A DNA stretch of 64,000 nt from Bugula neritina (lineage: Eukaryota > Animalia > Bryozoa), in contig OZ037769.1 in the NCBI GenBank assembly GCA_964035545.1, positions 14,042,633 through 14,106,632 on the forward strand, given 5' to 3'. This document shows, one piece after another, positions 1 to 12,161 of this stretch. The translations under genes were made by a program, and so were the position numbers. Positions within the stretch are counted from its first letter, which is position 1. Every line of letters begins with the position of its first letter. The notes under the pieces were generated by a model that was given only the letters and a program-made list of their open reading frames with translations, was not told the origin of the DNA and searched no databases.

Positions 1-2323
1 TAAGGAATACAGGTACGTGTACTTCTGACACTCTATAAAGAAGTGATCTTTAAAGCTAAAATAGAATGAGAAAACTATTAAACCTACTTAATTAATAATT
101 AAAATGTGTCATTATTTATTGGAAATGCTAATGTGTAATTTTGTTATTTTCATTGTAATATTTTCGGCCCCAAAATATTTAGACATCTAACTCTAGTTAC
201 ATCATGTAGATCTTTTAAGTTCTAGTAATAAAAAGAGTTGCTTTAGTTTTTATTTGCAGAGACTTGAGCAAAATTGTAACAAATAATACAAAACCAGCAT
301 TGCTGTTTCAACAGCTCAAAGTTATTTATCATAATTATTGCGTCAATTATTTTTAGTGGTGGAAACAAGAGAAAGCTAAGCACAGCCATTGCACTGATTG
401 GTGACTCACCCATTATATTCCTGGACGAACCCACCACAGGATTGGACCCAGTAGCCAGGCGAATGCTTTGGAAGACTTTGAATAAAAACAGAGAAAGTGG
501 CAAAACCTTGATACTCACATCTCATAGGTAACAGCTGTCTGTTTACTTACTAAACTATTGTGATTTGAAATATAAATCTAAACTAGATTATTGGCAAAAT
601 ATTTACTAAAAAACTGTGCCAGCAGTAAAACTCTTGAAAATATTGCAGAGTGCAATTTTATGAGGTCAAAAACAATATTGAATTAAATATTTATGAGTTG
701 TCTTCTCTTTGAGAAAAGAGAAACTGCAATAAATGAAATTTGAAATAACTAAAAACGAATTTATATTTAATATCATATTTATTGAGGCAAAACATTTGCT
801 TTTTCTGCATCTTTATAAGCAAAGTGACTTTTTAAAAGCAGTTTCATAACTTTTTATGAACTTTAATATAGCATAACTGCGTAGATTAGAACGTCAATTT
901 AGGGTATATTGCCATTATTTGCTTTGTTTAAACACAAATTTATTTATTGTCTGTTGTCTTCATATGAACAAATACAGTTTCAATCAATTTGATAAAGGTA
1001 ACAATAAAGAAGTGTCACCTTTAATACACCAATATTTAACTAATAGTATTAGTACTTCTATTTAGTCATATTACATAATTCATTAACATAACAACAATTT
1101 AAAATATAAACAAATTGATTTATTGGAGTATCGAAAGATTTTCTTTAAAACATTGTTTTAAAATTTTCATTTTGAATCTACCATTTCTGGCATTAAAACA
1201 GTATGGAAGAGTGTGAAGCCCTGTGCACCAGAATGGCTATCATGGTGAACGGCAAGTACAGATGTCTCGGCAGCACGCAGCACTTGAAGAGCAAGTTTGG
1301 AGCTGGTTACACACTAATAGCAAGAGTTAGCTACCCTGCGGATGGCTCTTTGCCAGATATTCAGCCAATACAAGACTTTGTTGCTCAAAACTTCCCAGAT
1401 TCTACACTGAAGGATGTTCACCAAAACTCTGTGCAGGTAAAGACAGCATGAGTTTTAAAATTTGAGAACTATTAAATAAATTTTAGTTCGTCAAACTTTT
1501 GATCTATAATTAGGGAGCAGCCATTGTCTAAGCCCTAAGGGTTAGAGAACTTGCTTAAACACAAAGTCACATGTTCGAACTTCATTGAAAGCTTTTTGGT
1601 GATTTTTAAAACTTAATAATATATAACAATACTTTTAAATGCAAACAAATTGCTTTATTGAACTATCTAGAGATATGCTTTAAAAAATTGTTTTAAAATT
1701 GAAATGGTGTTTGAATACCATTTCTATAAGGCATGCCTGATGGAAATGGTATTTCAAAACCGGCTAAGGGACCGGGCTCTTTCACAGGGGTAGTGACTAT
1801 AAACCTGCGTAATTCTTTTATTGCCCCACAAATAAAATGCATCTTATACTAGCGCAATTAAATCAGCAATTAAAAATCTTTGTGCAATGTTACAAAAATA
1901 TAGTAAGCTTATAAATTGCCGAATTATAACAATGCCAAAACAAATACCTTTGAGCACAGAGAATAAATATGTTTCTTGAGATGAGCGTTGCAGTTTGCCA
2001 AAAACCTAAACAGATATTTTTCCAGTCTTGCAAATGTTATTTCAGTATTCATTTCTTTTTTGTAGTATGATATTCCCCGAGAAAATATTTCTTGGGCGGC
2101 CATATTTGAAAAGATGGAGTCGAATAAAGTGTCACTCAACATTGAAGACTACTCTGTGAGTCAGACGACCTTGGAACAAGTGTTCTTGAACTTTGCCAGA
2201 ACTCAAGTTCCGCCAGACGAGAGCAAACCCGGATGTGGAAGGATGATGAGGAGGGCATGCTGTACTTTATGTATGCCTGAATACGTTGTAGAGTCGGGTC
2301 ATGTGACTTCTACCGCACTCTAA
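1..2323 (+). CDS. 3' end of an ABCA-subfamily ABC transporter (second nucleotide-binding domain and C-terminus), multi-exon, 5'-truncated by the window
   Basis: GT-AG exons <1-12, 357-527, 1202-1436, 2066-2323 splice in frame to ...[42 protein letters not shown]...[24 protein letters not shown]...[13 protein letters not shown]...[19 protein letters not shown]. These are the ABCA signature, Walker B/D-loop, H-switch and C-terminal motifs. Stop TAA 2321-2323. Confidence 0.95.
1514..1590 (+). mobile_element. Degenerate tRNA-derived SINE head (intronic)
   Basis: GAGCAG..GTCTA..GGGTTAGAG..TTGCTTAAACAC..GTCACATGTTCGAAC resembles Pol III A/B boxes and the inverted relic at ~25195-25322. Confidence 0.35.
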
Positions 2324-3805
2324 ACTGAATCAGCTAATGAGAGAAATAAACTACACAAAGTTATGAAATTTTAGGCAAAGGCTATACATTTGAAGCTATG
2401 ATGGGTGCATGTTTTTTATGTACGATTTTTTACTATATTGAACTGGAAAAAATGCGGCAAACAACGGTTTAAAAAATAATAGCTATTATTTTGTGTTATT
2501 ATGTTGGATATATTTGTTTTATTGAATCATAATCTCAACTCATTTTTATTGGGCCCTTTTTCTTTTGTGTTTTCTATGTTTTTAGATGTTTTTCTGTTGC
2601 AGCATTCAGATATTTTTTGTGTGTAAAATGAATATAATTTAATCTGCTTCACAAAATGTTTTGTAAAATATTGATGTGACGTTCTTTATGACAGATTTGC
2701 TCAAAGCAAACAACCCCACTGTATTTATTGTGTTAATAAAACGCATAATCACCTTAAGAAAAGGTTTTATGCTTCAGTTTATTATTGTGTTATCTCATCA
2801 ATAAACTGAAATATTATCAAACTCAGATATTAATTCTTTCTAAATTAGAAAAGTTGAAAATTTATAAAATGCAAGTTTATACTATAGGAGCATATTATAG
2901 TATTTAAATACTTTATATCATCAATCTGAAGCATTTAAATTTTTCCAAACTGGCTGACAAAATTTTAAAATAAGTATAGTAAGCAGTGTTGTCACAAAAA
3001 TGACAAATTTACTTTAATTATTATAATATATACATGCTTTAAGATTCAAGATAAAATAGGTCATCTCAAACAAAAACTTTACTAGTGTTAAAAACACAGG
3101 GTATGGATTTTTATTATTTAGCAGTTAATATTTTTCACATTATACAACTTGAGTCTTTTTGATTAGAATCATTGTGGGGAGAACAACTATTTACTTATGT
3201 TGTTATAACAGTGGAACTTCGTTGATACACTTTATAAATTTCCTATTGAAAAATTGCTTTCTGTAAAATTCAACTGAAGTACCACATAAGTTTTCAGTTA
3301 ATCTATAAATTTTTGTTGTACATTGTGACTACAATAAATTGCACCTAAAAGGTGTTTGCTATATGTGCTAGTATCAATGTGTTATCATATGTCACAAAAT
3401 TAAATTAACATAATTTTGCAGCAATTTATATCAACAAAAGCGAGCATTCAATGGCTTCACCTCCTTCGTGCTAAATATTACCAAACAATGTTATTTTTTG
3501 CTCTTCACTACATTTATCAGTGAGACCAACAAAACTATTAACTAAGTGCATACAACTTTTTTTCTGTTGAAGTTTGTAGATTTTAGAATTCACCATAATT
3601 GATCCAGAAGCTTTTTTTAGACATTGTTTCATTATGTAAGATATAAATGAAATGCTTGTTGAGTCATATAAATACTAGTATAGTAGAAAAGTTTCACTTG
3701 AAAGTATGATATAAACCAATTTTTGATTTTTGCGAAAAGATATCTTTATTGCTGAAGAAACATGACAAGTTATATATATGATTTCTATTTAAAAATATTT
3801 CAATT

Positions 3806-6119
3806 TTATAAGCTTGCTCGAAATTTCATTTCTGTTGTTTTTAGAGAGTAGTAATAGCCTTTCCAGGCAGCCCAGTCCACACCATCAGCAAAGGAATTGT
3901 GATGACCTTTGAGATACTTGCCATTTAAATTGGAATGATGCAAGAAACATACCACCAAGCACCATGGTATTTAACTGCGCAGTGGTTTTTGTTAACGTCG
4001 TTATCAACATTATACGTTGAAAATTTATATCCATTGTGATACTCAAGGCTGTCTCCTAAAACATTCAAAGTTTTTTGTCATAACTGCATGTTAGTCTAAA
4101 CATATATTTCGAAAGTCTAATATAAAAAATAAATATTGGCCTAGCCCATGTAATGAGTCATAGAATGTAAAAATGCAATACAAACTGATTACTTGTGAAG
4201 CAAAAAACTTAACCAGTTGTAAATAAAAACTTTTGTGAAATAAGTGATGTCAAAAGTTGTTAACAAAGCTAGTAATGGTATTATATATATATATTCCATA
4301 TCAATATTTAAATAATTGATAAAAAACTTTAATGCGTTAACAGCTACACAGCTTATTTTAATTAAATTTTGTCAATTTAAAACCACCAATTATTGGCGTT
4401 GCTTATTTAAATAAAAAGAATTCCACATTTTAAAGTCCAACAACAAATACTGGATTACACTGAAAACATTCAGCAAGTTTTGAAAATGGTATATGGTAGC
4501 ACTGAGTTAATTTAAAAATATTTAGTAACAGTGTTTGTTGTTAGTACAGATTTACCTGCTGTCCCAGTATAACCGGAAACGGAGAGTTTGTATTTAGTCG
4601 TAGAATCACCAACGCTGAAGCTGCTATATTTAGCGTACGCTGTTTCATTCTCAAAACTTTCCAGATCAACTCTCAGCTCATTTTTTCCTTTGGCTAAGAG
4701 GGCTGCTGCTATCTTGTAGTTACCAAGCCAAAACTCTCCACTCAGATTACCAAAACCTGCTCTGTAGTCAGCCCACGTTCAGTAAAAGTTAACGGAGCCA
4801 TCCATTCTTCTTTGGAACACCTACAGGTTGCCTTTAATATGTAAGAATTACTTTTAGAGAGCTAGCAATGCAAACACAAGTTGACCGATTTAAAAAAACA
4901 AGTTATTTTTACAATATTTTATTGACAAATTAGGCTATTTTTTAGTCTCCTTGATAGAAAAGTATTGTAGTTCCAATATATCAAACACAACGATAAGCTT
5001 TTACAAATACAGTGAAGAACAGTGCATATAGACAATTTCAGCATATATGTCATTGTTATAAGCCACGTTCTAATTCATGAAAGTTATATTGGTAGATTGA
5101 TTATAGTTATTATTACTTATATACCGTCCATCCACCTCCATCAATTTCCTGGTCATAGAATACTTCAATTGCGTCAGCAGCATTTCCTGTTGAGTAGATC
5201 GTGTAGACACCACTTTCATTTTTACCAAGACACAGCAAATCTAAGCATGATGTAGGTTTACAGGTAGTTTTTGTTTTCAGTTTCTCATAGCAATACTCTT
5301 CCATATCACAATCCAGCTGTAAACACAAAACATCATCAAACTGCAGCTGGTAGCATCAAAAAGTATGCCCTATTATCTTGAGGTTTAAAACTGGTAATAT
5401 ATTATAAAACCGTACCCATTATGCAGGCGATGAAATAAAAAAAAGAATTTTATATTATAATAGTGAGCATTTAATATAACCTTGGAGTACGTAAAAATTT
5501 GTTTAATGTTTTGCATACAAAGTATATCTGATAATTATAATGCTGGTAACTTTCTATTCAAGCTGAAAAGAAATTAAAAAAACATTTTCAGCCTGAAAGT
5601 TAATTTGCATTTCTTGTCTTCTGCAGAGATCTAACCTTATAAAAGTTAATATCTAAAAGAAGTAATTCTTTTTTGGTGTTCATTGCTATTTAAAAAAAAA
5701 TATTTTTACTACATTAATTTATATAACTTGCCAATTATGCACTAAGCTGCATGTAAGCAGTTAAACAAACAAATTTAGATGCTAATATCTTGAGTTGTAT
5801 TTGCTTTGAAAACTTTAAATAAAATGGAAAATAATTGTAGAAGTCTTCTGCACTAATATATATTAATTTTTAAAACTATATTACATTATATATATAACCG
5901 CTGTTAATTTGTAGTGACAGATTTTAATTATATTTATCATAATATATATGTGTTAAATTCATTTGATATAAAATGATCTATACCATATGTGATTTGGTAA
6001 CCCGATAATTGGGGTATATACTGTAGAATAATAATAATTTGAATATAACCTAGCCTTGTAATACTTACCCCTTGCAAGGAAGCTGCTAGCAAAAGTGTAA
6101 ATAGAATATGCACCTGCAT
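3806..6119 (-). pseudogene. Fibrinogen C-terminal domain (FReD; ficolin/tachylectin-like) secreted protein, disabled
   Basis: Exons 6119-6069 (signal MQVHILFTLLLAASLQG), 5316-5125 (..SCLDL..SGVYTI..DGGGWT), 4820-4556 ([62 protein letters not shown]), 4055-3806 ([31 protein letters not shown]/fs/[31 protein letters not shown]). Lesions: in-frame TGA at 4779-4781, 1-nt frameshift near 3940, and conserved VxCD Cys changed to Tyr. Confidence 0.9.
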
Positions 6120-6942
6120 CTTTCCAGTGAAGTCTATGCAGTAGGCTACAAGTGTATATAGTTCTACAACAAAGTCTTAAGTGTAGAATACAGGAGCTAC
6201 TCTGCAGCTTTTATACTTTCTGCCAGCCAATCAAATTCAAATGTGTCTGCCATTTGAGAATACAGATAAAAATATTTAACTTTTGCATTATTTTCCATGC
6301 TGTTATTATTGTCAGTTATAAAGATATACAAATTTTAGTGATTTAAAATTAGTAATTATGTAGTCTATAAAGGTTTTTGAAATTCATGATATTATTTAAA
6401 ATAATAATTATAACATTTATAATAAAACTTATGAAAATACATTCTCACAATATATTTACTTTATAATATTATTATATTGCCTACATTAAGTATAGAAGTG
6501 CTGTAAAACATTTTTAAACGTCGTTATTTTGTCTGTTAAAACATACTCACTACTTCTAGTGCTATTTGCAGTACAGTAATTATTTACACATTTAAAAATA
6601 TGCTTTCCTAGATTAAAATACTATAGCTTTTGACAATATGATATTCAAATTGAAATGTCAACATAATACAACTATAATATATTTTATATATTTTAATCTA
6701 GTAAAGCATATTATAACTTTATTCAACAATCTGGCAATTACTAAGCAGTTTTAAACTTTGTCCTTTACTGAGCCTGCATGATATTTGATCTAAATAATTC
6801 CAATGCGTGCATCATACATATATATAAAATTAAAGTTATTTGAATGAACACATCATGTAATGTTATCATAAGGAGCGAATGAATATAATTATTGTTTTAA
6901 AATGGGTTAAGTGGCATAAGTTGTGATAAAAATAACAATATG

Positions 6943-7066
<124 letters not shown>

Positions 7067-8361
7067 CACATATAACATGAACTCACAAAGGAACGTGCTG
7101 TTATAATACCACAATCATAAAATCTATATGATTGGTTTACCATATTTTAATGATTATATAAAGCTATAGCCATTCATTTAAATAATACATACACCACGAT
7201 ATATATATTAATTATTTTGTCTATCGCCTGACAAGTGCTATTTGCTGCATGAAATTATTACAGTTCTATAATTATCTTTATTTTGGATTTAGTCGTTACA
7301 TTGAATGTATGCAACCCTCAGTTGTTACAGCATAAGTAAAAGCCCTATTGAGAATTGATAAGGTGCGTCAATGTACTCAATACTGCTAAACAAATTTTAA
7401 AAGTTACAAAAAATTCAAATGAAACATTTCAATTTTATATGTTAGAAACAATTTTATGCTTTGTGGTTTGTTTTGCAATTATATTATTTGAAAATTTTAA
7501 CTTGGTTTTTAATTTACAGTCTCATCATAATAATTGACATATGCGGGTTTCTCAAAGTGTAACTATAGTTTTAAGTTACAGGTATGGTGTTTTTGTTGTA
7601 TGATGCCTGCATAAATATTGCATGTCACGTACACAATTTCCAAAATTGACATTTTACCAAAACAGATGGTATATTTTAAAAGCAAATATTCAATTTTTAT
7701 CTCATATTATATAGCCTCGATGCTGGTGCATGTACAAGTCTAATCTAAAGGTGCACATGACATTTATATAAATAGACAAAATATGGTTAGCAACTTCAGT
7801 GCATTCTATAAATGAAGTGTAAAAGCCAGGGTACGACAACATGTTTTGGAGTTTATCTTACGATATAATATGTAATTACTTTATTTATATGAGATAACAA
7901 CTGTAAAAAAATAAATTACAAAATAGAAGTTTGAATCTAGCTAATAGTTCAAATGCATATCAAAAACACAATTGGATTTGTATAAAGAATAATTTTGAAC
8001 TATAAGCCTATAATCAATATTTTCACCTCTTTATTATATTATAATTACTTGTCACAAAAACTTTCACGTTTGTATATCCTAAACAGAAAAATATAAAGAA
8101 ATTCTATAAACCTAAATAACCCTCTATAACTTGATAGTATATTTTAAACAATTAAGAAAAGAAACTAATATATGTGATTTAAAGCAAAATTTTGCAAGTA
8201 CTTATTTTAGGGAGTTTGCACAGTATAGGCTTTAAGTACAGCAAAACGACAGCATGATGGTAATGAAGAGACGGCTAGGTGAGGTCTGCTGACGATGCTG
8301 TCAGACAGTGACAATAGGATCCTCCATAAACTACTCCCAGTTATACTCAAGCTACAGGAGT

Positions 8362-8428
8362 CGCTCGCACAGCTCAACTCGCACAGCTCAACTCACACAG
8401 CCCAACTCGCACAACTCAACTCGCACAG
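8362..8428 (+). repeat. 14-bp minisatellite (GCACAGCTCAACTC, ~5 units), possibly the tail of a LINE relic
   Basis: Tandem units seen directly. The preceding frame reads ..LSDSDNRILHKLLP, reminiscent of LINE ORF2 C-termini (weak). Confidence 0.6.
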
Positions 8429-10500
8429 AACCGACCTCACCTTCTCATCGGTATTGATATTATGTTCTTTCTATTAAAAATCAAAAATTTAATGCTTGAT
8501 GCATGACTTAATATTTAGATCCATGATATTTTTCTCACAATTTAAAAGGACCGTATCTTTATGATAGGAGTTGTATTTTCTTCAAATTCTAAAGGAAACG
8601 ACTAAATACAATCCACATATGCATCTGTGGAATGGCCAAGCATATATTTTTATTTATAGAAGAGGGATGTGTACTAAAACCTGCTTATATATATATATGC
8701 ACTAAAATGGTGCCTTCAATGGCAAGCTGGTTAAAATGTGCATTCATTGCAAACATTGAAATGTAAAAAACATGCATTATAAGAAAATGCTTTTGTTGCT
8801 AAAAACTCATTGATTTGATAAGATTATAGCAAAAAGTTTTTTATAGAAAATTCTTTATCAGAAGACTAATTGCTTAACTGCTCAAAAAACAAAATGTCAC
8901 TTTATATACTAAATCAGCCATAATATATGTCTAGAAACTCGAACATTTCGATTTTTGAACGAGCACATATATAATATGCATACGGCTAAAAATTGATTGA
9001 CTATAAATCATTTTAAATATATTTGAAACTACTTTGATAATTTTCTATATTTTTTTTATTACTTACTAATATAGTGTGATTACAGTCAGTGCACAAAGTC
9101 AGCTGTCTATAGCCAGCTTCAGGAATTTATTATTAATTAATCTAGAAAATAACAATTATAGTTATACCAGTATACACAGTGTATAGCATGTGCTGTTTTG
9201 TAGATTAAACTTATGTGGTTTTATAGTTAATTCATTAAATTATTTCATAGAGCTAGAAATAACTTTAGTGTAAAAAAAGATACAGAAATAATGTTGTTTG
9301 AAATCTTTTTCATCAATATAAACACTAATCAGTTTATAAACTTATTTAATGTGTGTTGAAATGCATGTGAAATAACTGAACTTATATTTATTATGGTTTG
9401 AAAACGAAGCTTTTATTTTAGCAGTATATTAATATTTTAAATATAATATTCTAACTTTCCTATAAGTATAGGTAACAGAATATAAATAGTGCATTCCCTG
9501 TGTAAAGCAATAAGTTACTTGATATGCAAGAAATTAGGAGCATGTGAAGATAACTCTAAACCTGTTAAGAAAGTGCAATAGTATTATTGCAATAATAAGT
9601 TATTATTATCTAGAATTGTAGAAAGCAATTTTGATTGATTATGATGACTTCCGTAGCAAACAAGATGGAAAAAGTTTAAATAAATACATAAATTATTAAA
9701 CAGCTGATGTCAAATTTATTAATCATTACAAACATGAAAAGAATAAATCCATCAAACAGTTGTTATAATTAATACTATACTATATATAAAGAGATTTAAA
9801 ACTCAATTTAATAAAAATACAAAGAACACAATTAAGTCAATTTGGCTAAAAGCTTGGATGTGTAATTAAATTTTTAGTTTTAAATTGAAGAATACATTTA
9901 ACTTTACTCAAGAAACTGATTTCTTAAGAGTTGATGTTTTTTCTTGATTAATTTTTTTTGTTTTGGAAATTTTAAAACTCAACAAACATAGTTAAGATTT
10001 AATATTACGTAATATTTTGGTTTATTTTCAATTATTGACATATTTTTCTGCATATAAACAAATAATTATTGCAAATAAGTGAAAAACGATCAAAGTCTAT
10101 TTAGCCTATAGCTGATTGATCGTTGGTGCGCCTTTCACTTATCAAATTTAGTTGCCTTCAAGTCAAATTGAACTAACTAATTATTAAATTAAAATTGATT
10201 TCTAAATTATGTACTTATAAATATAATGTAATGTTATTTCACAAAGTGTAAATCAACTGATGCTGTATAATATAGATATAAGTGGAACAACGGCCGTTAA
10301 TTTATAAACAAATTGATTGAGTTTTGACTACTGTCAATAAAACATCAGGTTACACAATGCAACACTTATTTGTTTATGGTGGCTATAGAAACCAAATAAA
10401 CAGGTGAAGTGCAAAGTAATAATGCCTTGGTACTACTAGCTCCTATAGTCTATACTCTGGCAGCAAACAAGGAAGCAGCAACACTATCATAGCTGACACT

Positions 10501-12161
10501 GAGAAAGCCCCAGAGTATTCTCAACCACCACCTGCAGCTCCATATCAACAAGCACCTGCAGGCTCATATCAGCAATCGGCACCAGGATATTACCAACAAC
10601 CAAATACCGTGGCTCCAATGGCTATGTCTATGAACCAAATGCAGAATAACACAACTGTGAGCATTGAGAAAGCCCCAGAGTACTCTCAACCACCACCTGC
10701 AGCTCCATATCAACAAGCACCTGCAGGCTCATATCAGCAACCAGCACCAGGATATTACCAACAACCAAATGTCGTGGCTCCAATGGCTATGAATCAAATG
10801 CAGAATAACACAACTGTGATTGTAAATCAAGCAGGACCAGTGAGTTCCTTGCCTTATCCACAGAATGTCAGGGAGTTTTCTACAGGACTTTGTGGATGCT
10901 GTAGTGACATAGGAGGCTGTAAGCATTAAATAAAATATTATTCTGAGTAATGAGGAAGTAGCAAATATAGATTACAATTTTAAAAAATCTAAACATATTT
11001 TTGTTTATTTAATTTGTGGTATATATGTTTTAAATCATTCACTGCACGTATGTCCATTATATATATTTTATTTTAAAAAATTGAATAGTGAAAATCAAAA
11101 ATATTTGGAAATAATTTGCTGCCCAATAAAGTTTTACATATACTCATTATAAGGTTATATTTTAATATGCATTCTAATAGTAATGTTATTTTATTCTTTT
11201 AAATGTCTATATCATAAGTTTATTTTAATATGCAGTATGTGAAATGTAAGGTCCTACTCAGTTAATGCAGTTAATGACTCAATTTTCTGTAGACACTTAC
11301 AAATTGCAGTTTTAACTCAAGTTCAATAGTGAAGCACATCAAGATGGGATTACTATTGGCAAATAAACAATCAAGTATTTGAATGATTGCTGGCTTTTAG
11401 AGAGATAATTTGCGCAATCAGTTTTATAGCCACGTGATAGTTGCATAAAATAAAATCATTTTATTTAGAAAAATTATATATTTGGTTACTTGTGATGTGG
11501 TTGTCATGTGGTCATAGGAAGCTGCAGATACTTTTACTAAAGAATGAAACTTTGCATGTATAGTATGTCATGCAATGCATTTATTTTACAGGTTGCTTTG
11601 CATGGTTCTTTTTCCCTTGCTTTGCCTGCAGTGTAGCCAGTCGTATGGGAGAAGACTGCTGCTGTGGTTGTGGGGCTGGGTATTGTCTCGCCCCAACCAG
11701 TTGGGTTGCCATGAGAACCAAAGTCAGAACTATGCTAGGTATTAGGGTGAGTGATCATCAAATGTAATATAAAAGTGAAAAAAAATTAGAGCATCTTATT
11801 AAACTACACATAATAAACTAAAAAACCTAGTGTTATTTTAACTATTATAGCGAGTGAAAACTATGTCTGAAGAGTAAAGGTGTTTTATTGTTTATGTCAA
11901 ATTATTGCAAATATTAACAACAGCTATATGAATAGAGTTATACAAGGATATATTTTCTCTCATATATTCTGTCTTGATTTTTACATAACCCATTCATTGT
12001 GAGTAACTCAAGAGTATTTAGATGATATATTGTTTATTGCATCACTAGTTCTATAATTATTCTTGAAGGGCTCTATTTGTGGAGATTTCTGCATGATCTC
12101 ATGCTGTCATGAGTTGGCCATGTGCCAGATGGACAGAGAGTTGAAGAATCATGGACTCTAA
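10501..12161 (+). CDS. PLAC8/cornifelin-family Cys-rich protein with duplicated Pro/Gln/Tyr-rich N-terminus
   Basis: Exons ~10501-10918 (first ATG at 10618; 5' end uncertain), 11592-11746 and 12069-12161 give ..REFSTGLCGCCSDIGGCCFAWFFFPCFACSVASRMGEDCC..AMRTKVRTMLGIRGSICGDFCMISCCHELAMCQMDRELKNHGL*. This is a canonical PLAC8 pattern with GT-AG junctions in compatible phase. Confidence 0.9.

Noticed and set aside
1710-1790. Hairpin containing CCTGATGG..CAAAACCGG, resembling a hammerhead ribozyme core
   Set aside because: Core deviates at essential positions (CTGATGA and CGAAA not intact); at best a decayed repeat.
4779-4781. In-frame TGA in the FReD gene as selenocysteine or readthrough
   Set aside because: Aligns to a usual Arg (FYRxW), and the gene has an independent frameshift.
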